From the IMG/VR virus record IMGVR_UViG_3300005613_000034: DNA of 18,769 nt; one strand, written 5' to 3'. Under the pieces are notes generated by a model. The model searched no databases, was not told where the DNA came from, and saw only the letters and a list, made by a program, of their open reading frames with translations. The position numbers and the translations under genes were made by a program. Of the stretch, positions 7,209 to 14,339 are shown one piece after another (the stretch's first letter is position 1; each line of letters begins with the position of its first letter). Source of the stretch: a virus. Lineage: Duplodnaviria > Heunggongvirae > Uroviricota > Caudoviricetes.

Positions 7209-7280
7209 TACGCCTGGAGAGAATCGAACTCCCAACCACCGGCATATAAGACCGGCACTCTACCATTGAGTTACAAGCGT
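7209..7280 (-). tRNA. trnI: tRNA-Ile(UAU)
   Basis: ACGCTTG/CAGGCGT acceptor; CCGGT-CTTATAT-GCCGG; TTCGATT T-loop. Confidence 0.9.
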
Positions 7281-7283
7281 CTA

Positions 7284-7354
7284 AAGAGGAACCGGGATTC
7301 GCACCCAGATTTAGTCCTTAGAAGGGACTTGTACTTCTATTATACTATTCCTCT
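7284..7354 (-). tRNA. trnR: tRNA-Arg(UCU)
   Basis: AGAGGAA/TTCCTCT; AGTCC-CTTCTAA-GGACT; variant T-loop TGCGAAT. Confidence 0.9.
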
Positions 7355-7370
7355 ATTTTTTAAAAGTTTA

Positions 7371-7441
7371 CGACTTGTGCGGGAATCGAACCCGCGGCTC
7401 CATCGTGACAGGATGGAATGTTACCACTACACCAACAAATC
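7371..7441 (-). tRNA. trnD: tRNA-Asp(GUC)
   Basis: GATTTGT/ACAAGTC; CCATC-CTGTCAC-GATGG; G73. Confidence 0.93.
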
Positions 7442-7443
7442 AG

Positions 7444-7516
7444 CTGCTAGAGCGGGACTTGAACCTGCAACCACTCCCTTAACAGGGGAGCGCTCTACCT
7501 ATTGAGCTATCTAGCA
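7444..7516 (-). tRNA. trnN: tRNA-Asn(GUU)
   Basis: TGCTAGA/TCTAGCA; CTCCC-CTGTTAA-GGGAG; G73. Confidence 0.93.
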
Positions 7517-7521
7517 TTTAA

Positions 7522-7595
7522 GTCAATCAAAAAATCTAGCCGAGACTGAATCTCAATAAAAAAATTGTATCAATACCGGCTAAAAAAAGATTGAC
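7522..7595 (-). ncRNA. Candidate structured RNA or terminator-like element inside the tRNA array
   Basis: Nested inverted repeats GTCAATC/GATTGAC (7522-28/7589-95) and TAGCCG/CGGCTA (7537-42/7577-82) with inner hairpins. Confidence 0.45.
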
Positions 7596-7691
7596 AGCCG
7601 ATACTAATAACTATCCAAATTCAGTATATTTATTCTTGAATTTAAATAGTTATATTTCATAATATAATATAGTAACAAAAAGTATATAAAC

Positions 7692-7748
7692 CTATTGTCC
7701 TTTATGCTTTTCAAAAGCAAATTCAATTACTTCATCTAATTTTGTTAT
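7692..7748 (-). pseudogene. Possible 5' remnant of an HD-domain (SpoT/Mesh1-like) gene
   Basis: AGGTGA RBS, then ATA-initiated ITKLDEVIEFAFEKHKGQ-stop, resembling the A-x-x-F-A-x-x-x-H-x-G-Q start of such hydrolases. Confidence 0.35.
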
Positions 7749-7761
7749 ATTATCACCTAAA

Positions 7762-7835
7762 TATCAAGGCGTGGATTTGAACCACGATCTGAGGCTTATG
7801 AGGCCCCTATCCTAACCAGATTAGAAGACCTTGAT
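7762..7835 (-). tRNA. trnM: tRNA-Met(CAU) (A1-U72; initiator/elongator/Ile2 status unresolved)
   Basis: ATCAAGG/CCTTGAT; GGGGC-CTCATAA-GCCTC; CGTGG-TTCAAAT-CCACG. Confidence 0.85.
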
Positions 7836-7869
7836 GTAATATTTATGATAGAAAAAGTATATAAATATA

Positions 7870-7942
7870 TGCGATATACCGGGCTCGAACCGATACTTTT
7901 TGGTTGGAAACCAAACGTGCTAACCATTAACACTAATATCGC
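7870..7942 (-). tRNA. trnG: tRNA-Gly(UCC)
   Basis: GCGATAT/ATATCGC; TTTGG-TTTCCAA-CCAAA. Confidence 0.93.
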
Positions 7943-7945
7943 ATA

Positions 7946-8019
7946 TGGAGCAGATCAGATTTGAACTGATGATCTTTCGGTCTTCAACCGAATGCTTTAG
8001 CCCGCTAAGCTACTACTCC
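7946..8019 (-). tRNA. trnF: tRNA-Phe(GAA)
   Basis: GGAGTAG/CTGCTCC; TTCGG-TTGAAGA-CCGAA. Confidence 0.93.
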
Positions 8020-8028
8020 TTAATTCAA

Positions 8029-8101
8029 TGAGCCCACGCGGATTCGAACCGCGGATCTTGGGGTTAAAAGCCCCCTATTCTACCAACTGAACTATGGGCC
8101 C
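8029..8101 (-). tRNA. trnK: tRNA-Lys(UUU)
   Basis: GGGCCCA/TGGGCTC; anticodon loop CTTTTAA. Confidence 0.93.
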
Positions 8102-8102
8102 A

Positions 8103-8174
8103 TGGGAAATACAAGAATCGAACTTGTGTCTGAGCGTTCCAAACGCCCGGTGATAACCACTACACCAATTTCCC
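8103..8174 (-). tRNA. trnP: tRNA-Pro(UGG)
   Basis: GGGAAAT/ATTTCCC; GGGCG-TTTGGAA-CGCTC. Confidence 0.93.
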
Positions 8175-8187
8175 ATAATTTTTGGTC

Positions 8188-8208
8188 AAGCTTTTTTGGA
8201 AAAAGCTT
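8188..8208. repeat. Perfect 9-bp inverted repeat between tRNA-Gln and tRNA-Pro
   Basis: AAGCTTTTT-TGG-AAAAAGCTT; function unknown (terminator or processing signal). Confidence 0.6.
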
Positions 8209-8210
8209 AA

Positions 8211-8284
8211 TTGCCCGTGTGAGATTCGAACTCACGATCTCTTGGTCCAAAGCCAAGTGTGTTTGACCCCTACACTAACGGGCT
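8211..8284 (-). tRNA. trnQ: tRNA-Gln(UUG)
   Basis: CTTGG-CTTTGGA-CCAAG; GTGAG-TTCGAAT-CTCAC; A1:A72 mismatch. Confidence 0.92.
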
Positions 8285-8286
8285 TA

Positions 8287-8359
8287 TGAGAATGCTGAGA
8301 ATTGAACTCAATCCTTTGGGATCACAACCCAACGTTCTAACCATTAAACTACACTCTCC
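8287..8359 (-). tRNA. trnH: tRNA-His(GUG), includes encoded G-1
   Basis: GAGAGTG/CATTCTC; TTGGG-TTGTGAT-CCCAA; A73. Confidence 0.92.
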
Positions 8360-8364
8360 ATCTA

Positions 8365-8436
8365 TGGAGCTGAAGGGAGTCGAACCCTTTCTTCATGCTT
8401 GCAAAGCATACGTGCAACCGTTTACACCTCAGCCCC
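8365..8436 (-). tRNA. trnA: tRNA-Ala(UGC)
   Basis: GGGGCTG/CAGCTCC with G3:U70; loop TTTGCAA. Confidence 0.94.
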
Positions 8437-8453
8437 AAATATATTTAGAAAAA

Positions 8454-8525
8454 AGCTGGTGCTCAGATTCGAACTGAGATAGAAAGTTTACAAAACTTTT
8501 ATGTTACCATTAACATCACACCAGC
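8454..8525 (-). tRNA. trnT: tRNA-Thr(UGU)
   Basis: GCTGGTG/CACCAGC; AAAGT-TTTGTAA-ACTTT. Confidence 0.93.
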
Positions 8526-8684
8526 CGTAAATTATTTACGTTGCTGATGCCCGGGCGCGGCCTTTTGAAAAAAAGCATTGAATATTTTGGTCGTACCCAT
8601 GTTAATCATATATAATATATGAACAAAAAAGTATTTAAATGTATCTATTTTTTTGTAAACACATCTAAATACTAAAAAACAAAG

Positions 8685-9002
8685 TTATTTAGTTGCTTCT
8701 AAAATAGTTTTAATTTTATTATATTTTTTTACCTGAGCTTCAATAATATCAGAAGCCAAATCACTATCAACTTCCAAATAAAAACTCAAATAACCAGCAT
8801 ACTCTCCATTGATTGTTAACGCTCCAGAAACTTTAATCTCATCATTCTCATATACAACCTCAGAATCTTCAAAATTCGGTTCTAACGAATAAGAATCCAT
8901 ATCCTCACTTTCATTAGGAGAATCCTCTTTCCACTTAGCTAAATATTTTTTAGCATTAGCATCAAAATTATTCTTACTTAAATTTATTTCTATATTATTC
9001 AT
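8685..9002 (-). CDS. Acidic hypothetical protein (105 aa)
   Basis: GGAG RBS; TATA box at 9078-9085. Confidence 0.8.
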   Translation of the reverse strand: MNNIEINLSKNNFDANAKKYLAKWKEDSPNESEDMDSYSLEPNFEDSEVVYENDEIKVSGALTINGEYAGYLSFYLEVDSDLASDIIEAQVKKYNKIKTILEATK

Positions 9003-9013
9003 TCTAAATCAAT

Positions 9014-9055
9014 CTCCTGTCAGCACAAAGCCCGCTTTCGCAGATAACAGCCGAC
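9014..9055 (-). promoter_or_regulatory. Structured 5' leader of 8685..9002
   Basis: CUGUUA/UGACAG helix enclosing a CUGC-GAAA-GCGG GNRA hairpin; helix touches the GGAG RBS. Confidence 0.4.
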
Positions 9056-9090
9056 TATTAAATTATGTATAGAAAAGTATTTAAATATAT

Positions 9091-9285
9091 TCAATCAGCC
9101 CAAAAATAGTATTCGCGCGCACCTTTTTTAGTCTTTTCAAGGACCCCGCGTTTTTTATTCCAACGCAACTTCACTCGCTTCGGTGAACAAGTGACAAACC
9201 ACTTCTTACCTTTTTTATTCTGATCTTCGGTGGCTGTCTTACCTGAAGATTGACTCCCCCAGGCTTTAGTGTTCATTTTAGTCAT
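9091..9285 (-). CDS. Small basic hypothetical protein
   Basis: 64 aa; in series with neighbours. Confidence 0.65.
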   Translation of the reverse strand: MTKMNTKAWGSQSSGKTATEDQNKKGKKWFVTCSPKRVKLRWNKKRGVLEKTKKGAREYYFWAD

Positions 9286-9287
9286 TA

Positions 9288-9500
9288 TTAACGTCTATTT
9301 CTTCCACGGGGTGAATTACATCCACGACCATAATTAGCTCCAACACCACGTCCTGAACCATCTCGTCTAGGAACGCCAGCTATACTTGGAGTATTTGAAA
9401 TATCATCAATCAATGAATCTGAAGAGGGTGGGCAATTACCCATACCTCTACCTGTTCTTGGACCCTTACCTTGAGGGCCTGTTCTATTTCTATTTGGCAT
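9288..9500 (-). CDS. DUF5320-like Gly/Arg-rich protein
   Basis: MP...TGPQGKGPRTGRGMGNC signature; GGAGG RBS. Confidence 0.8.
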   Translation of the reverse strand: MPNRNRTGPQGKGPRTGRGMGNCPPSSDSLIDDISNTPSIAGVPRRDGSGRGVGANYGRGCNSPRGRNRR

Positions 9501-9575
9501 TTATATCGCCTCCTTAATTTTTTTTATTTATGAATATATATTCATATATATTATGTATGTTAATATTTAAAAACT

Positions 9576-9869
9576 TTATGCTGTGCCCGTTCGGCACCCA
9601 GGACGTTTTAATAAACCGCGTTTAATACTGGCCTTTGTTTTCTTATTCAAAAAATAATTTTCATGAGTATGAGTGTGAGGCCCAGGTTTAACTGGCTCTA
9701 AATTTTCTATACGATTATCTCGTTTATTTCCATTTTTATGGTGAATTAATTGCCCATTAGGAATTTTACCATTTTCTTGTTCCCAAACCCAACGATGGAG
9801 GTACCCCAGACTTCCGTCTGGATATCGTTTACGAACATATTTACCACGAGCCTTCTTCCACTCAACCAT
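9576..9869 (-). CDS. HNH endonuclease (HNH_3-like, phage type)
   Basis: YLHRWVW...IHHKNGNKRDNRIENL. Confidence 0.9.
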   Translation of the reverse strand: MVEWKKARGKYVRKRYPDGSLGYLHRWVWEQENGKIPNGQLIHHKNGNKRDNRIENLEPVKPGPHTHTHENYFLNKKTKASIKRGLLKRPGCRTGTA

Positions 9870-9901
9870 ATATAATAGTAGTTCAAAGTAGTATTTAAAT
9901 G

Positions 9902-10348
9902 TTATTTTTTATTCAATCTTTCGCGGATATGAACATTGATTACTACTAACACCCCAAATACAATAATAATTGTTATTAAAAATGCCACTCCAACTAAAAA
10001 TTGATTCATTAATGCTGGAGTAACCCTGTTTTGTATAAATTTTACACCGAAAGCAATTAAAATAATATTTGAAAAAATTATAATAAATGATACAATTTTT
10101 TTGGCAGCGAGTTCAAAATATCTATTATCCCAATCCCATGGAGTTGAAAATATTGAATATATTTCCATTAATATAAAAGATAAAATAAAAACAGTTATTA
10201 TGTAAGTTGTAGGCAAATAATTATATATTGTTGATATTGGGGAAAGTGTAATTAAAAAAAAGAATAACCCAAATATTGTAATTATTAATGTTACTGGCGT
10301 TAAATAATAAAACCAATCAGAAATTTCGTCAATAATTTTGTTAATCAA
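9902..10348 (-). CDS. Four-TM hypothetical membrane protein
   Basis: Hydrophobic segments; GAGGTGA RBS before TTG. Confidence 0.75.
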   Translation of the reverse strand: MINKIIDEISDWFYYLTPVTLIITIFGLFFFLITLSPISTIYNYLPTTYIITVFILSFILMEIYSIFSTPWDWDNRYFELAAKKIVSFIIIFSNIILIAFGVKFIQNRVTPALMNQFLVGVAFLITIIIVFGVLVVINVHIRERLNKK

Positions 10349-10548
10349 AAATAACTCACCTCAAACCCGCGGGCAGAAATAAATTCAACAAATTCATCTA
10401 TTTCAGAATTATGAATAAACCACGCATTCAATTTTCTATCAAAACGGGCTTTATCTAATCGGCGAATATATTCCAACAATTTCGGGTCAATTGCAGACAT
10501 TAATTTTGTTTCTTCCTCTCCTTTTACCAAAATTACATTCAATTCCAT
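10345..10548 (-). CDS. Hypothetical protein (weak HARP-domain-like pattern)
   Basis: ARFDRKLNAWFI; start moved to ATG 10548. Confidence 0.65.
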   Translation of the reverse strand: MELNVILVKGEEETKLMSAIDPKLLEYIRRLDKARFDRKLNAWFIHNSEIDEFVEFISARGFEVSYF

Positions 10549-10551
10549 CAC

Positions 10552-10815
10552 CTATACAAAATCATAAACACTGAATTTTCGTTCTTTGAGTTTTGTGTTT
10601 GCTACTGCAGCCATAAAAATAGTCCATTCTTCTTCCGAAAATCTTATTCCAAACATTTCCTCAATTGTATCTGCATAATTCAATACATATTCTGTCCAAT
10701 TAATTCCAAGAAGAGAATGTTCTTCTAAAAAAGATGCTAAATTACTTTTTGCTTCAAACATCTCCAAACTTTTTTCTGATTCTAAATATTCACTAAAAAA
10801 CGGTGTTTCATTCAT
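10552..10815 (-). CDS. Acidic hypothetical protein
   Basis: AGGAGTGA RBS; upstream TATA box. Confidence 0.75.
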   Translation of the reverse strand: MNETPFFSEYLESEKSLEMFEAKSNLASFLEEHSLLGINWTEYVLNYADTIEEMFGIRFSEEEWTIFMAAVANTKLKERKFSVYDFV

Positions 10816-10873
10816 TTATATCACTCCTATACATATAATGTAACGAAAAGTTTAAAAAGGTTTTTATAGAATA

Positions 10874-11127
10874 CTACCGTTGGGGGTAACATTATGTTAA
10901 TCCCCCAATGATAGTGAACTTAGTTTTGGCCACTTGGGCTTCATCACTATTATAGCTGGGTTATGTTCGCCAGTACAAAAAATGTACTCCCACTTCCCCT
11001 ACACTATAATAACTCTATTTATCCGTGTTGAACGTCACGGCACTGAATCTGGTACTCCTCAATCCCCACTACAGTGGCAGAAAGGCATAAAAAATTAAAA
11101 ATTTTTTAACTCGTTTCCCAGGTCGAC
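10874..11127 (-). ncRNA. Candidate ~250-nt structured non-coding RNA with its own promoter
   Basis: No long ORF, locally GC-richer, multiple hairpins, TTTATATA box at 11150-11157. Confidence 0.55.
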
Positions 11128-11168
11128 ATATATATTAATATGCGAAATATATATAAAGGTTTCGCATT

Positions 11169-11597
11169 CTAAGGTAATTTAATATTTAAAGGAACATTCT
11201 CATCTGGTAATTCAATAGTTTGATCCCCGAATTCTTGTTTTGCTTTAATTGCTAAATATTCATTAATAGCATGAATTTCATCACTCATCACCTGGATCCG
11301 CTCATACATTTCTTTTTGTTGAGGTTGTTCCATAAAAAGACTACCCATTTCGGCTTTTTGTAATCCAAGTTTTAAAAATATAAAACCACTAACAAGAATT
11401 ATGGCAACCGCTGCAACACCAAATCCAATAGTTTCAGTCATGGTTGGCTCATAACCTTTTAATAATAAATAAGAAGACCCAATCAAAGCAAGATTGAGTA
11501 TTCCTTGGAATCTGCCGAGGACCATTCCGTACCCGGTTCCGTAGCATTTCATTATTCCGCCATACCATTGTCGTAATGATTTATCTTTAATTATCAT
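11169..11597 (-). CDS. Two-TM membrane protein with coiled C-terminus
   Basis: GAGGT RBS favours ATG 11597. Confidence 0.75.
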   Translation of the reverse strand: MIIKDKSLRQWYGGIMKCYGTGYGMVLGRFQGILNLALIGSSYLLLKGYEPTMTETIGFGVAAVAIILVSGFIFLKLGLQKAEMGSLFMEQPQQKEMYERIQVMSDEIHAINEYLAIKAKQEFGDQTIELPDENVPLNIKLP

Positions 11598-12510
11598 TTT
11601 CAATTACCTCTTTTAAAAATTTAACACAATTTTTAGTAATCAATGATTTAAAATTAGAAAAATCCAACCATTTATAAGATTCATATAAAGCCCCAGCTTC
11701 TTCTGATAAAATATCTTTCGCAACTAAATGTGGTAATTCTTGCATTAACCCCATTTCTAATTTTTTGTTTTCTTCATTTATAAGTTTATTTACTTGCTTT
11801 TTTATTCTTGCTTCAGTGCAAAATTGTTCAACAATTTTTTCAGTATCAGTATTCTTTTTACGAACACCACCAAAAATAGCTTTATTATTTTCTTTAAACT
11901 CATCTGCAACAACCTTAGCATATAATTGATGATTTCCCTGTCTTGATTTTCTACAATAATTTTTTAAAACAACACCTTCAGCTTTTCCATCATAATATTT
12001 TGATTGAGGAATCAATTTATCTATCTCCATTTTTTTCAAATCTCCTATTTTTCCTCTCCACACAAGAGGGATATTTTCTATTCCTAGATCATCAAATAAT
12101 TGGCATCTTAAATCTCTACCCAAAAACAACCCATAATCATCATTACTAATATTTCGTTTCAATCTAATATCTAAACCAATAACTTCTGGGGCATTATCAT
12201 ATTTAATGGTGTGTTGAGCCATCCATTCAAAATAATAAATATAATCTGGATTAAGTGTTTTCCCTTCCAAAATTTGTTTTAATTTAGCTCTTTGTTTAGC
12301 AAAAGTTTTTTCGTCACCTTCTTCTGTTAAATCTCTATTCCGTGAACCAACATGAATTGCACCATCTTCATCTACCCATGCAGATCCATTTCCTCCGTCA
12401 ACCTTCTCTTCAACCACAACAGTATCATCATTAAAATCAAAAAATTCAATCACTTCTTCAGACCCAAGTCTATAAATTTTAGGATATTTTTTAAATTGAC
12501 TCAATTTCAT
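11587..12510 (-). CDS. ATP-dependent RNA ligase, T4 Rnl2-like
   Basis: Motif I EEKVDG, III YFEW, IIIa GLDI, IV EGVVLK, V YAKVVADEFKE, plus helical C-terminal domain. Start could be 12519, 12510 or 12504. Confidence 0.85.
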   Translation of the reverse strand: MKLSQFKKYPKIYRLGSEEVIEFFDFNDDTVVVEEKVDGGNGSAWVDEDGAIHVGSRNRDLTEEGDEKTFAKQRAKLKQILEGKTLNPDYIYYFEWMAQHTIKYDNAPEVIGLDIRLKRNISNDDYGLFLGRDLRCQLFDDLGIENIPLVWRGKIGDLKKMEIDKLIPQSKYYDGKAEGVVLKNYCRKSRQGNHQLYAKVVADEFKENNKAIFGGVRKKNTDTEKIVEQFCTEARIKKQVNKLINEENKKLEMGLMQELPHLVAKDILSEEAGALYESYKWLDFSNFKSLITKNCVKFLKEVIENDN

Positions 12511-13357
12511 CACCCACATATTTAATTTCTTCTTCTATAAACGGTTTAATTTTTTGCCCCAGACCTTTACAAATTCTTATAGTATTATCAAAATCCCCTT
12601 CTTCTAAATACGCAGCTTCGATAGTTCTTTGTAATAAAGAAGCTACCAAAAGCATTTCTTCTGAATCAATTTCAAGTTTATATTTATTTAAATCTTTAAA
12701 CAACACAAAAACGGCATTAGCATTAGGAAATGGTTCACCATATTTACATTTCGCGGCTTTCGCAACAGAACATTGTTCCCAAGCATTCCCCCAATTACAT
12801 GTTCGTTTGAATGCAATAGTATTATAACCTTTAATACCTTTTACAACTTTTTTATCTAATTCAATATTAAATCCAGCAGGAATAGTAATATAAGCTTTTC
12901 CTTTTGGTTTTAACATAGTATGAATTTTTCGCAACGCTTTTAATGCTTTAGTTGGATCAGATTTTTCACCATAATCAAACCCAATATGTTCAAAAGTTGA
13001 AATTGAGAAAATATAATCATATTTTTTGGGGGTTTTATAATCTAAAAAATCAACATTCTTAATCCCCGAACCTTTTTCATATTTATCAATTACATCGTGT
13101 TTGAGTTTTGGTTCATAATTTTTTAAAACATTCCCAATTTCTAAAATATTTATTTCATCTTTATTAAATTTACTGATACCAAGAGACTCATATGCCTCTT
13201 GAATTATTGGAACTTCTATAGATCTTTCATTATCCCAACTATTATTATATCTACTATCATTTAAAATTAAAAATCCTCCTCGGAAATTAGTCATTCGTAT
13301 TTTAAATAATCTTGAATAAAAATATTTTAGAGGTTTAAGAAATTTCAGAAGTATCAC
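12491..13357 (-). CDS. SAM-dependent methyltransferase-like protein with C-terminal extension
   Basis: ILEIGN, YDYIFSISTFEHIG; start uncertain (13357 or ATG 13294). Confidence 0.7.
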   Translation of the reverse strand: MILLKFLKPLKYFYSRLFKIRMTNFRGGFLILNDSRYNNSWDNERSIEVPIIQEAYESLGISKFNKDEINILEIGNVLKNYEPKLKHDVIDKYEKGSGIKNVDFLDYKTPKKYDYIFSISTFEHIGFDYGEKSDPTKALKALRKIHTMLKPKGKAYITIPAGFNIELDKKVVKGIKGYNTIAFKRTCNWGNAWEQCSVAKAAKCKYGEPFPNANAVFVLFKDLNKYKLEIDSEEMLLVASLLQRTIEAAYLEEGDFDNTIRICKGLGQKIKPFIEEEIKYVGDEIESI

Positions 13358-14339
13358 CTATATAATTTTGTATGAAAGTATTTATAAAGTTTTGGGCGTT
13401 TTTGACCGAAAAATCGCCTTTTTTAACCCTTTTATGCCCGTTTACCCCTAGATCAAAGAACTCTTTATCTGGCTTAAAATTCATAAATTCTTCATAACTA
13501 TTAAAAACTTTCCCACAGTTACCAATCAATTCTTTTCGAGCATAACCATGCATCGTCATGATCGGAATTCCATAACTCATTGCTTCCAAAAACGCAAAAC
13601 CAAAACTATCAGACTGGCCGGGGTAAATCAATACATCAATTTTTTCATAAAATTCTTTTTTGAGTTTTTCTCGCGGCAGCATTCCCAAAATTTTAATTTT
13701 ATCAGAATCCGGTCCAATCAAACTTGGGTAATCTCCAGCAATAATTCCTCTAACATTATTTTTTTCCATATACTCAAGTGCAATGTGGCCACCTTTTTCA
13801 TAAAAATAACGAGAAACAAAACCAAAAACGGGGGATTTATTACGTGGTCGGTGAATCTCAGCTTTTATTGGAGGGTAAAAAACATGGCATTTTTTCCAAA
13901 CATCATCGTCCACATAACGTCTAAACTCCATCATAGCAGTTTCAGTCCAAAAAAATATTCCTTTACAATTTTCTGCACTCAATAAAGCATTGACTAAAAA
14001 TCGTGTGGCCCAATTTTGATGATTTTCTAAAAACGGCTGCCAAAACATTTCAAAATCACACACAAAAGGTTTGTCTGTAATTGGAATACATTGTGCCCCC
14101 CAGACCATATCATAATCTTCGTCAGTAGAAACATATGAAATGTTCGGAGAAGGAATTCTAAAAAATCGGATAAATTTTTTAATCCAAACTTTATATTTAT
14201 TGATTTTGTTAACACGCGTTTTATTTAATTCAATATCTATTTGTTTAGGTTTCACAAAGAGATCCGGGAACGCGGAAATCATATAATGATGAAAAGGAGT
14301 TTCTTTAGCTCCTTTTCTATAACACATTGCTATTTTCAT
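13335..14339 (-). CDS. GT-B glycosyltransferase family 4
   Basis: YPGQSDSFGFAFLEAMSYGIP; start moved to ATG 14339. Confidence 0.9.
   Translation of the reverse strand: MKIAMCYRKGAKETPFHHYMISAFPDLFVKPKQIDIELNKTRVNKINKYKVWIKKFIRFFRIPSPNISYVSTDEDYDMVWGAQCIPITDKPFVCDFEMFWQPFLENHQNWATRFLVNALLSAENCKGIFFWTETAMMEFRRYVDDDVWKKCHVFYPPIKAEIHRPRNKSPVFGFVSRYFYEKGGHIALEYMEKNNVRGIIAGDYPSLIGPDSDKIKILGMLPREKLKKEFYEKIDVLIYPGQSDSFGFAFLEAMSYGIPIMTMHGYARKELIGNCGKVFNSYEEFMNFKPDKEFFDLGVNGHKRVKKGDFSVKNAQNFINTFIQNYIGDTSEIS

Noticed and set aside
7185-8477. Plus-strand ORFs 7185..7505 and 8259..8477
   Set aside because: They are antisense read-through of tRNA genes.
10922-10948. Hammerhead-like GUGAUGA-AGCC...GGCC-AAAAC, also a C-box-like RUGAUGA
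   Set aside because: Core C3 and G12 are substituted, stem II is mismatched, and there is no downstream CUGA D box; the segment pairs better with 10911-10917.
10874-11127. RNase P RNA, SRP RNA or group I intron identity for the structured region
   Set aside because: No GAGGAAAGUCC/CR-V pair, no SRP helix 8 motif and no P7 core are recognisable; a formal Rfam search is still needed.
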